From: Longimicrobiales bacterium
GTDB taxonomy: Bacteria > Gemmatimonadota > Gemmatimonadetes > Longimicrobiales > Gaopeijiaceae
Direction: 5' to 3'
Assembly (NCBI GenBank): GCA_965202985.1
Contig: CBDBCF010000001.1
Coordinates: 2,176,001-2,240,000, forward strand
DNA: 64,000 nucleotides
The position numbers and the translations under genes are program-made. Below, piece after piece: positions 17,449-26,297 of the stretch (its first letter is position 1; each line of letters begins with the position of its first letter). The notes below the pieces were generated by a model, which was not told the DNA's origin, did no database searches, and was given only the letters and a program-made list of their open reading frames with translations.

Positions 17449-20115
17449 TCAGCGGGGCGGCGGCTCCGGCTCCGGGATGCGCGCCACGATCACCCGTGCC
17501 CACAGCGGCAGGCTCACATGGAACACGGCGCCGTCGTCCGCCGTCTGGGCGCGGAAGTCGTGGATTCGGAAGCCGCTCTCGCCGATCTCCCCCCGGTACG
17601 TCGAGGTGCGGGCCAGCGCTGCCGCGGCAACGGCGGATGCGTCGTCTGCGCCGGTGAGCGTGACCGGCCAGGGGTAGCGCCCCGGAGGGTTGGGCGACAC
17701 GAAGATCTCGGCGGCCGTAGGGAAGTCGAACGACGTGAAGCGGGGCGTCTCGGTGCTGACCAGCGATGCCTCCGCCCCTGCGACGGCGACGGCGACCGCG
17801 TGGCTCGTCAACAGGTCGGCCAACGATTCCCCCATGTGGTCGGTCAAGCCTGCGATACCGGACCGCGCGGTCGAGTCGTTCAGCGCAGAGACGAACGCCG
17901 CGTCGTCGGCCAGCGACGAACCGGCGCCGGCGAACCAGTCGCGCAAGAACCTGTGGAAGTGCCATCCGCTTCCGTACACGTAGCCCAAGTCGAACGGCTC
18001 GAACGTCACGGCGTTCGGATCGACGGAGAACGCAAACACCGTCCCGGCTGCGACGCCCCACACCCCGTAGAACTCGGCAAACGCGCTTTGTCGCCCGTCT
18101 CGGAGCATCTCCCCCGTCAGGCGGGCAGTCGCCGAGGGGCCGCCGGCGCGCTCCCAGGCCAGCCGCGAACTCATCTCCGTGGCAATTTCCGCCCTGCCCT
18201 CTTCGATCCACACCTGGTGAAACCGACGATCGCCCGGATCGGCGCCTCGGTGGTACCAGCCGCGCACGCGCTTGTACAGTGAACTCACGTGCTTGACTTC
18301 GTGCACCATCAACCCGAGCACCCAGTGCTGGTCTTCGTCCAGCGAATTGAAGGCGTTGGCGCTCATGTACACGATCTCCATTTCGTTGGAGACCGCGCAG
18401 TCGGCGGTGGAGACCAGCATGTCGTTGCTCGTCACGTAGCCTTGCCAGCCCGTCTCCGTCAGCAGCGGGTTGATCAGCACCACGACCCGGCCGTCTCCGT
18501 TCACGTCGCTGACGCCGCCGAAGTAGCGGTCGATTACCTCGGCGCCGTGGTCCGCATAGTAGTCGATCACCGTGCGGACGTTGTCGAGCGACACGGGCGA
18601 CGTGGTCGTTTCGTCCTCGTAGACCGCCAAGTGCTCGTCCTCGGCCAAGAGCTTGGCGTTCACGGTCAGGTCAACTTCGCAACGGTTCCATGGGTCCGCG
18701 ACGTCGCGACGGGCCACCCGGAAGGTGCGACGGCTCGGGCTGGTCTGGGGTTGGACGACGGGGGCGGCGCCCTCCGCACGCGACCGAGCGCCGGGTCCCC
18801 GTTCAAGGATGCCCGCCAACCGGCCCTCTGCCGCCCAGCGATCGAAAAGCTCGGCCTCTTGTTCGCGAATCCGGCGATGGAATCGGTCGTTGGCCAGCAT
18901 GATATCCAGGCCATTGCGCGGCTCCCCGGCACGGCCGGTCGAGGCGCGTCGCTGCGCCTGCCGCCTGCCCCGCTCCGGCTCCGGCCGACGATCGCTCTCC
19001 GCAGCCGCGACGCCCTCGACGGCCAGCTCCACGGGAAGGATGCGTTCTCCCGTTCCCGACGTCCCGACGATGACGACCCGATAGTAGGCGCCCGCCTCGG
19101 GAGCGCGGACGAAGAAGCCGCAGGGCTGGATCTCCGAAGCGTTCATGACACGGACTTCTCCCGTTTCCAGGCCCAGCGGACCGTCGCACACCCGCAAGTT
19201 AAGCCTTTGCTCTGCTGTTCCGCCGTCGGAATCGACGACCTGCACGTCGAAGCCGGAGAAGCCGGTCTCCGTGGGCGTTCCGTGGATGGCGCCCTCCGGG
19301 TCCAGCGCGAGCCCGGCGGGCAGGCTGCTCCCCCCGACCAAGCTCCACGTGTAGCCCTCCCGGCTTCCGCCCCTTGCGGCCAGCGTATCGCCGTACGCAA
19401 GAGTCAACCGGCCTTGCTTGAGCGAATCGGTGACGACTGCAAGGCGCTCCGGCGCTGCGGTTGCGTGAAAGGTGGCCGTGAGGTCGCCGGCAGAAGCCGA
19501 CGCGAGCTGCGCAGAATCGATGCCCAGCGTCCACGTGGCGCGGGCAATGCCGTCGGCCGCCGTGCGCTCGAAGGCCGGGGACACGGAGCCGCCTCCGGAA
19601 GCCACTCGGAAGGTGACGGTGATGTTGCTGGCGGGATGCCCGTTGGCGTCCGAGACCAGAACCGCGATTGGCACGGGCAACGCCTCGCCGGCGAAGCCCT
19701 GCTGCCCGTCGCCTTCGGCCTTCTCCATGGCGCGGGCCTCCTGACGAACCGCCGCCCGTGCGTTGCCCCGCGCCGGCCCAGCGCGAGCCGTAACCACGGC
19801 GTCGCCCGCCGCTACGGCAGTGGCCAGGCCGGTCGAAGCGTCCACGGAAACGACGCCCGCGTCGCTGGTGGTCCAGCTTACGGAGACGCCGGTCATGACG
19901 TCCCCGTTCTGGTCCCTGACCTGGGCCGAGAACTGCACGGTCTCGTCGATCGCGGTGAACGTGGCCCGGTCGGGCGACACCGACACGCTGGCAGGCACGG
20001 GCTCGGGCGCGGACGACGAATCGCCGCACGCGACTGCGACGCCGCACGCAACTACGGCCAGAGTTGCTCCAAACAGGCGGCGACTACTGGGTCCGCGGCG
20101 GTGCTTGGTGTTCAT
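17449..20115 (-). CDS. Surface lipoprotein with bacterial Ig-like domains and a C-terminal gluzincin (HExxH) metallopeptidase domain
   Basis: Lipobox AVAC; Big_2-like (VSWTTSDAGVVSVD), Big_1-like and He_PIG-like (LPAGLALD..G.IHGTPT) domains; DVNGDGRVVVL, MVHEVKH, WIEEGRAE. Confidence 0.82.
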   Translation of the reverse strand: MNTKHRRGPSSRRLFGATLAVVACGVAVACGDSSSAPEPVPASVSVSPDRATFTAIDETVQFSAQVRDQNGDVMTGVSVSWTTSDAGVVSVDASTGLATAVAAGDAVVTARAGPARGNARAAVRQEARAMEKAEGDGQQGFAGEALPVPIAVLVSDANGHPASNITVTFRVASGGGSVSPAFERTAADGIARATWTLGIDSAQLASASAGDLTATFHATAAPERLAVVTDSLKQGRLTLAYGDTLAARGGSREGYTWSLVGGSSLPAGLALDPEGAIHGTPTETGFSGFDVQVVDSDGGTAEQRLNLRVCDGPLGLETGEVRVMNASEIQPCGFFVRAPEAGAYYRVVIVGTSGTGERILPVELAVEGVAAAESDRRPEPERGRRQAQRRASTGRAGEPRNGLDIMLANDRFHRRIREQEAELFDRWAAEGRLAGILERGPGARSRAEGAAPVVQPQTSPSRRTFRVARRDVADPWNRCEVDLTVNAKLLAEDEHLAVYEDETTTSPVSLDNVRTVIDYYADHGAEVIDRYFGGVSDVNGDGRVVVLINPLLTETGWQGYVTSNDMLVSTADCAVSNEMEIVYMSANAFNSLDEDQHWVLGLMVHEVKHVSSLYKRVRGWYHRGADPGDRRFHQVWIEEGRAEIATEMSSRLAWERAGGPSATARLTGEMLRDGRQSAFAEFYGVWGVAAGTVFAFSVDPNAVTFEPFDLGYVYGSGWHFHRFLRDWFAGAGSSLADDAAFVSALNDSTARSGIAGLTDHMGESLADLLTSHAVAVAVAGAEASLVSTETPRFTSFDFPTAAEIFVSPNPPGRYPWPVTLTGADDASAVAAAALARTSTYRGEIGESGFRIHDFRAQTADDGAVFHVSLPLWARVIVARIPEPEPPPR

Positions 20116-20278
20116 GAAGCAAAGGTGGGCATCAAAGGAGATCAGGGCAAGGCGCGGAGGTGGCATACACCGGCGGCGGCCCGGCTTACTTGCCTCGTCC
20201 CCTTGCATTACCTACCATCTTCACTCCGGCAACTCAATCCAGACAGACGAAGAACGGTCCTGCAAGGAGACGAGAACA

Positions 20279-21316
20279 ATGCACAGCTTGCTTCGGTGGC
20301 CAGGCGTGGTACGCAAGACGATCCGGGCTGGCTTCTGCGCTGTCGCGCTGGTGTTGTTGCCCGGCTGCGAACAGGACAGCGGCGGCCTGCGGGTCGCGTT
20401 CACAACCACGGCGGGCAATTCGGACCGAACCTTTGTGGACACGCCGGACTCGCTCGTCATGCTGCTGGGGCGGCCACCACACGGCCTCGGCCACCCGGTG
20501 ACGGCGAGGGTATCCAACGAGGGGGACATCTATGTCGCCGACTTTGGGAACGTCGTGGTGCGCCGGTTTGGTGCCGGCGGCGACTTCGTCCGGGACTACG
20601 GGGCGGGGCGGGGCGAGGGACCCGGCGAGTTTCAAGCGCTTGTGGACGTGGAGGTCGACGAGATGGGCCGGGTTGCCGGGTTTGATCCGATGCTTTCTCG
20701 GGTAGTGGTGTTCGACGCGACGGGCGGCGTGGTAGAGACGATCCCGATCCCGGCTTCCGGCTTTCGGTTTGCGCGCATGGCGAACGGCGACCTAGTCGTG
20801 GACGCCATGGACAGCCTTCTTTTCCGCAGGGTCAGCGCCGACGGAAGTACGGTTCTTGCCTTCGGTGAACTGCTGGAGAGGGAGCAGCGGGCGAACGCCA
20901 TTGCCATTACCGGGGAGTTTGCCCCGGCCGGCGACTGGGTGGTCTACGCAGGAACCTATGGCGGCGTGCTGGCAAGTTGGTCGACACTCGACGGCAGCGT
21001 TCGCTACATTCGGCCCGCGGTAGTCAAACGCCCATTCCCAGTGCCCGTAAGGAGAGGCGAGGCAATACTGGTTGCGCCGGAGGATCGAATCGCCGCTTCA
21101 TTCGGCCTCCACGTGGACGGCGGCCGCGTATTTGTGCTCGCCTATGCCGACGGGAGCAAGGTGGCCGACGTGTACGAAACCGCCACCGGCGACTACCAAC
21201 ACTCCTTCCATCTGCCGGATCAGGATGCGACCGGAATCACCGTGTCGGGGGATCGCTACCTGTTCACGGCCGATACGCTGGTGAGCGTGTGGGAACACCG
21301 TCGCTCCCGCGAATGA
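20279..21316 (+). CDS. 6-bladed beta-propeller (NHL-like) lipoprotein
   Basis: AAGGAG RBS, ATG 20279; lipobox LPGC; GDIYVAD, GRGEGPGEFQ, VVVFDATG repeats. Confidence 0.8.
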   Translation: MHSLLRWPGVVRKTIRAGFCAVALVLLPGCEQDSGGLRVAFTTTAGNSDRTFVDTPDSLVMLLGRPPHGLGHPVTARVSNEGDIYVADFGNVVVRRFGAGGDFVRDYGAGRGEGPGEFQALVDVEVDEMGRVAGFDPMLSRVVVFDATGGVVETIPIPASGFRFARMANGDLVVDAMDSLLFRRVSADGSTVLAFGELLEREQRANAIAITGEFAPAGDWVVYAGTYGGVLASWSTLDGSVRYIRPAVVKRPFPVPVRRGEAILVAPEDRIAASFGLHVDGGRVFVLAYADGSKVADVYETATGDYQHSFHLPDQDATGITVSGDRYLFTADTLVSVWEHRRSRE

Positions 21317-21322
21317 GCGCGC

Positions 21323-22339
21323 TCACGCTCTCCGCAGTTCTTCCAGCGCTCGCTTGACGTAAACCGGGACCATCGCTCGGCGCCAGTCCGCGTCCACGAT
21401 CGTGTTCTCCAGGGGTCGGCACTGCTCGCCGGCGCGTTCGGCCAGCCGTTCCGTCAGCGTGCGCCCGAGCCGTCTTCCCGCCGCCACCTCGCTCCAACCG
21501 GAGAGCACCCTGGGCCTGGCGCCCAGCGCCGACACAACGCCAACGATGTTCGCCACCGTCCCGTCCTCGTCGAAGTCGCCGGCGACCGCCACCGACAGCA
21601 GGGGGAAGTCGATCGACTTGCGCTGCCGCAGCTTCTGGTAGGCGCTCCGCCGACGACCGTCGTTCGCAACCGGCAAGAACACGTCGGTGACCACTTCGCC
21701 CCGGGCCAGCCGACGGTTCAGGATGCCGTCCGTAACGAAGAAGTCTTCGGCGGCGATGCGGCGTCGCCCTGCGGGGCCGGCAACGGCCAGCTCGGCGCCC
21801 AAGGCGATCAGCATCGGCGGCGTGTCGGCCGAGTGGGCGGCCACGCACTTCTTGCCGACTTTGGTGACGTGGCAGATGTCGCCGTCCTTCTTCAAGCAAC
21901 CGCCCAGCGCCCGCCGCCAGAACTCGGTCTGGTTGTAGTAGGTGCAGCGCGTGTCCAGGCACACGTTGCCGCCGATCGTGCCCATGTTGCGAAGCTGCGG
22001 TCCTGCAACGAGCCCCGCGGCGTCGGCCAACCCGGGGAAGCAACTGCGAACGGCGGGGTGACCGGAGACCGACGCCAGCGTTTCCAAGGCGCCGATCCGG
22101 AGCCAGCGAGACGGGCGGGGGATGTCGCCGTCGCCCTCCACGAACCCGATCCCCTTCATTGCGGCGATTCCGTTGAGCGAGACGACGTGCGCAGGCGTGA
22201 AGAGACGATGCTTCATGTTGGGCATCAGGTCGGTGCCGCCGGCGATTGGCATGGCCTCGGGGCCGTGCTCCGACAATAGTGCGGCGGCGGCGTCCAGCTC
22301 CTGCGGGCGGTGGTAGCGGAATGGGTGAAGCCGGAGCAC
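21323..22339 (-). CDS. FAD-binding subunit of xanthine-dehydrogenase family enzyme, HcrB-like with [4Fe-4S] insert
   Basis: IAGGTDLMPNMK, QLRNMGTIGGNVCLDTRC.YYNQ..C.K..G..C..C.A, KLRQRKSIDFP. Confidence 0.9.
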   Translation of the reverse strand: MLRLHPFRYHRPQELDAAAALLSEHGPEAMPIAGGTDLMPNMKHRLFTPAHVVSLNGIAAMKGIGFVEGDGDIPRPSRWLRIGALETLASVSGHPAVRSCFPGLADAAGLVAGPQLRNMGTIGGNVCLDTRCTYYNQTEFWRRALGGCLKKDGDICHVTKVGKKCVAAHSADTPPMLIALGAELAVAGPAGRRRIAAEDFFVTDGILNRRLARGEVVTDVFLPVANDGRRRSAYQKLRQRKSIDFPLLSVAVAGDFDEDGTVANIVGVVSALGARPRVLSGWSEVAAGRRLGRTLTERLAERAGEQCRPLENTIVDADWRRAMVPVYVKRALEELRRA

Positions 22340-22349
22340 GGGGCGTCGC

Positions 22350-25300
22350 CTACGCCGGGTCCACGGGGCGCGCCACCATGATGCCGTCCTGGCCTTGGAT
22401 GTCCTGGATGCGCTGGGAAAGGGACTTGTCGCTGATCTGGACGTGGGAGCCGACGAGCGGCGCGTGAAGCAGCCGCAGCTTTCCTTCGCGCCAAACGGCG
22501 ATGCCCGTGTGGGCCACGTCCAGGCCGGGGACCGTGCTGGTCGCTGCGACGATGTCGCCCGTGCGGATGTCGCCGGAGACGGCCTCGATCTTGTTCGCAG
22601 TGATGTAGAAGCGGGGCGCCTTGCTTAGCCGTGCCTCGATCCCGGCCACTTGGGCAAGGACGGTCGGGTCGCCCAGCTGGCGGTAGGCCGCCGGATGCGT
22701 GGACATGAAGTCGATGGCGGACGAGTCGGCCGCCCCGCCCAAGCGTTGGGACAGGCCCCGCACCAGTCCCTTCTCCTGCGCGTCCGAAATCCACTCGCTG
22801 AAGTAGTGAAGGCGACTGGCGTAACCGTCCATGGCGCCGCCCCGATATCGGACGCGGGCAAGTTCCCGGCGGTACGCAGCCCGAAAGTGCTCCGTGTCCC
22901 TCGACGAGACGGGCGGCGCGGCTCGGACCAAGCGCGCCAGCACCAGCACGTTCTCGACGAAGGTCACGCAGTCCAGCGCCTCCAAGTTGATCACCAATCG
23001 TTCCGGCCCCGGCAGCTCCAGCGTGCCCGGCTCGTAGGCGGTCCCCAAGAACTGCTCGCCGATCCTGGCCACCACGTCTCCGAACTCCGGTGCCCGGTCC
23101 AGCCCCTCGGCTCGCGCCCACTCGACGCGCTCGCGAGCAATCTCCCAATCGCGCTCCGTGCCGGACGCCGGCCGCGAGTCGACAACCCCCTCCTGGGCGC
23201 TCCCGCATGCGGCGGCGATCAACGCTGCGCACAAGCCCACGGCCCCGGCGACCCCAGCCCTCGGCTTGCGTCTTGCAACATGCTCGGCGTCCTCGCTCTT
23301 CGGGGTCGCCTCTTGCAGCGCCCGCCACACCCTGGGCGGCGAGAACGGAAGCGAGTTCATGCGCACGCCCACGGCGTCGTAGATGGCGTTCGCAATTGCC
23401 GGGATCGACGGGTGCAGCGGCCCTTCGCCCGCCTCCTTGGCGCCGTACGGTCCCTCGGGATCGATCGACTCCACGATCAGCGACTCCAGCGCCGGCGTGT
23501 CCAAGCTTGTCGGGATGCGGTAGTCCAGCAACGAAGGCGCGTTGTGCAGGCCGGCCCGCCCTTCGTCCGCGCTCTTGAAGATGTGCTCCTCCATGAGCGC
23601 TTCGGCGAACCCCATGTAGGCCGACCCTTCCATCTGCCCCTCCACCAGCACCGGGTTCAACGCCCGGCCGCAGTCGTGCGCGATCCAAATCTTGTGCACG
23701 TCCACGAACCCCGTCTCCGGGTCCACGTCCACTTCCGCCACGTGCGCAGTGAACGAATACGCGGGCGACGCGCCGATCGTTGCGCCTCGGTAGTCGCCGT
23801 GAATGTCCTTCGGCGTGTTGTACGATCCCGTGGCGCCCAACGTCCCGAAGACGGCTTCGGCCCGCTGAAACGCGTCCCGAATGGACATTTGCACGCCCGT
23901 GTCTCCGGCCTGCACGGCCAGCCCGCCGGCCAGCAGCACTTCGCCCGGCTTGACTTCCCACTCCTTGGCCACGGCCTGTTGCACCTGCGACTTGATCTTG
24001 CGCGCCGCGTCGATGCAAGCGTTGCCCAGCATAAAGGTGACCCGCGACGAATAGGCGCCCAAGTCCACCGGCGTGAAGTCCGTGTCTCCCGCCAAGACGC
24101 GAATGTGCTCAAGGGGAACGCCGAGTTCCTCGGCCACCACGTACGCCACCATCGAGTCCGCCCCTTGCCCGATCTCGGAGGCGCCGGAGAAGACCGACAC
24201 GCGCCCCGATCGGTCCACCTGCAGCTGCACTCCCGACTGGGGCATGTCGTTGGGATAGACGGGGTAGTTGGTGCCCGAGATGTATGTGGAGCCGGCCACG
24301 CCGACACCCCGCCCGAACGGCAGCTTGCGGAACTTGTCCCGCCAGCCGCTGGCCCTCTCCACGGCGTCCAGGCACTCCAGAAAGCCGTTGGACGACACGC
24401 GGAAGCCGTTCACCGTGGCTTCGCCCTGCTCCAAGGCGTTGCGCCGGCGCAGTTCAACGGGGTCCAGGTCCAGCGCTTCGGCGATGCGGTCCAGCTGCAC
24501 CTCGAACGCGAACCGGGGCTGGACGGACCCGTGACCCCGCTTGGGACCGCACGCCGGCTTGTTGGTGTAGGCGCGCGTGGAGTGGAAGCGGTAGGCGGGC
24601 ATCCGGTACGGCGCCGTGAGCAGCTGGCCCGCGTAGTAGGTCGTCACCAGCCCGAACGAAGCGTAGGCGCCCCCGTCCATGACGATCTCGGCGTCCACAG
24701 AGGTGAGCCGACCGTCCCGGTCCGCCCCGGTCTTGTACTTCATGTGGAAGGGATGGCGGCCGCGGTGCGCGTAGAAGACTTCTTCGCGGGTGTAGAGTAT
24801 CTTGACCGGGCGGCCCGTGTTCATCGACAGCTTGGCCACGCAGAACTCGAGGTCGAAGGGCTCGGACTTGCCGCCGAACGCCCCGCCGACCGGCGGCTGC
24901 ACGACCCGCACCATGGCGGGGTCCAGCTCCAGAACGCGGGCCAGCTCTCGGTGCAGATAGTGCGGAACCTGCGTGGCGGACCACACCGTCAGCTTGCCGC
25001 TGCCCTCCGCCAGTCCGATGGCGCAGTGCGGCTCGATCGGCGTGTGCGTGGTGCCCTCGAAGAAGTAGTCGCCCTCCACGACGATATCGGCCTCCGCGAG
25101 CCCGCCCTCCACGTCGCCGAACGCCAGCTTCACCACCTTGGTCACGTTGCCGTTCCTGCCGGGCTTGCGGGGCTCGTGGATGAAGGGTCCCGACTTGGCG
25201 GCGATCGCGTCGAAGGGGTCCAGGTAGGCGGGAAGCTCCTCGTACTCCACGACGATGCGATCCAGCGCGGCCAGCGCCGTCTCCTCGTCGTCGGCGGCCA

Positions 25301-25619
25301 CGGCGGCCACCCCGTCGCCCACGTACCGCGCGCGGTCCACGCACAGCGGATGCTCGTCCGGTGTCCACGGAATGATCCCGTATGTCGCGGGCATGTCTCG
25401 ACCGGTCACGACGGCGTGAACGCCCGGCATGGCTTCGGCCGTCGAGGTGTCGATCGAAACGATGCGCGCGTGCGGGTGCGGGCTTCGCAGGATCTTGCCG
25501 TGCAGCATCCCGGGCAGGCGAAGGTCGTCGGTGTAGCGTGCGCGGCCCGTTGCCTTGGCCAAGCCGTCCACCTTGCGCATCCGCCGACCGATGGCGGCAA
25601 AACCTGTCCGCGTGGTCAT
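22350..25619 (-). CDS. HcrA-like molybdopterin-binding large subunit fused in frame to a DUF1460 (NlpC/P60 MurNAc-L-Ala amidase-like) lipoprotein domain
   Basis: ATG 25619 overlaps the small-subunit stop; RSPHPHARI, VGGAFGGK, KRGHG, GAYSSR, GAKEAGEG; no stop before AAAC + FLGTAYE..LDCVTFVE..RLHYFSEW..GLDVAHTG..LLHA. Confidence 0.85.
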   Translation of the reverse strand: MTTRTGFAAIGRRMRKVDGLAKATGRARYTDDLRLPGMLHGKILRSPHPHARIVSIDTSTAEAMPGVHAVVTGRDMPATYGIIPWTPDEHPLCVDRARYVGDGVAAVAADDEETALAALDRIVVEYEELPAYLDPFDAIAAKSGPFIHEPRKPGRNGNVTKVVKLAFGDVEGGLAEADIVVEGDYFFEGTTHTPIEPHCAIGLAEGSGKLTVWSATQVPHYLHRELARVLELDPAMVRVVQPPVGGAFGGKSEPFDLEFCVAKLSMNTGRPVKILYTREEVFYAHRGRHPFHMKYKTGADRDGRLTSVDAEIVMDGGAYASFGLVTTYYAGQLLTAPYRMPAYRFHSTRAYTNKPACGPKRGHGSVQPRFAFEVQLDRIAEALDLDPVELRRRNALEQGEATVNGFRVSSNGFLECLDAVERASGWRDKFRKLPFGRGVGVAGSTYISGTNYPVYPNDMPQSGVQLQVDRSGRVSVFSGASEIGQGADSMVAYVVAEELGVPLEHIRVLAGDTDFTPVDLGAYSSRVTFMLGNACIDAARKIKSQVQQAVAKEWEVKPGEVLLAGGLAVQAGDTGVQMSIRDAFQRAEAVFGTLGATGSYNTPKDIHGDYRGATIGASPAYSFTAHVAEVDVDPETGFVDVHKIWIAHDCGRALNPVLVEGQMEGSAYMGFAEALMEEHIFKSADEGRAGLHNAPSLLDYRIPTSLDTPALESLIVESIDPEGPYGAKEAGEGPLHPSIPAIANAIYDAVGVRMNSLPFSPPRVWRALQEATPKSEDAEHVARRKPRAGVAGAVGLCAALIAAACGSAQEGVVDSRPASGTERDWEIARERVEWARAEGLDRAPEFGDVVARIGEQFLGTAYEPGTLELPGPERLVINLEALDCVTFVENVLVLARLVRAAPPVSSRDTEHFRAAYRRELARVRYRGGAMDGYASRLHYFSEWISDAQEKGLVRGLSQRLGGAADSSAIDFMSTHPAAYRQLGDPTVLAQVAGIEARLSKAPRFYITANKIEAVSGDIRTGDIVAATSTVPGLDVAHTGIAVWREGKLRLLHAPLVGSHVQISDKSLSQRIQDIQGQDGIMVARPVDPA

Positions 25620-26104
25620 GGCGTGCTCGGGCCGGCAAGGGGCCGACCCCGCGCGGCGGCGGCCTCCACGGCGTCGTATATCTTCTCGTAGCCGGTGCAA
25701 CGGCACAGGTTGCCGGCCAGCGCGGCCCTGATCTCCCTGCGGGACGGCGACGGATTCCGCTCCAACAGCGCCGCCGCGCTGCACAAGATGCCCGGCGTGC
25801 AGAACCCGCACTGCGCCGCCCCCGCCAAGTCGAACTCGTCCTGCAGCGGATGCGGCTCGGTTCCACGGGACAGGCCCTCCACGGTGCGCACCTCTCGTCC
25901 TTCCGCTTCCCGGACCGGCGTCAAGCAGGACAGCACCGCCATGCCGTCCAAGACGACCGTGCACGCGCCGCAGTCGCCCTTGTCGCAACCCTGCTTCGAG
26001 CCGGTCAGTCCGAGCCCGTAGCGCAACGTCTCCAACAGGGTGTAGTGGGCCGGCACTCCGCAGACCCGTTCGTCTCCGTTGACTTGCAAGCGAACGATCT
26101 CCAT
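25616..26104 (-). CDS. (2Fe-2S)-binding small subunit (HcrC/CoxS-like)
   Basis: AGGAGG RBS; GSKQGCDKGDCGACTV, QCGFCTPG, GNLCRCTGY. Confidence 0.95.
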   Translation of the reverse strand: MEIVRLQVNGDERVCGVPAHYTLLETLRYGLGLTGSKQGCDKGDCGACTVVLDGMAVLSCLTPVREAEGREVRTVEGLSRGTEPHPLQDEFDLAGAAQCGFCTPGILCSAAALLERNPSPSRREIRAALAGNLCRCTGYEKIYDAVEAAAARGRPLAGPSTP

Positions 26105-26120
26105 GGCGCGCCTCCTGTGC

Positions 26121-26258
26121 CTAGCCCCTGGCTGGCTTGACGCCGCCCCGCCGCCCCAGGCCGTAACCCACCCTGAACACGTCGGGAATGTTGACGCGGC
26201 CGTCCAGCAGCCGTTGGAAGATGCTCAGCGCTTCGAGGTCGTCGCGCTGAGCCGTCAC
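26121..26258 (-). pseudogene. C-terminal remnant of a P-loop ATPase (Sll1717-like family)
   Basis: 45-codon frame absent from ORF track: VTAQRDDLEALSIFQRLLDGRVNIPDVFRVGYGLGRRGGVKPARG*, with an in-frame TGA directly upstream. Family assignment from memory. Confidence 0.55.
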
Positions 26259-26297
26259 TCAACTTGGCCTCGATCCCTCCCGAAGCAAAGGTTGGGT

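Noticed and set aside
22650..25691. Long antisense or alternate-frame ORFs (also 32306-36130, 49473-52445, 18289-20685, 38222-41089)
   Set aside because: Shadow ORFs expected in high-GC DNA opposite well-supported genes; no recognisable motifs.
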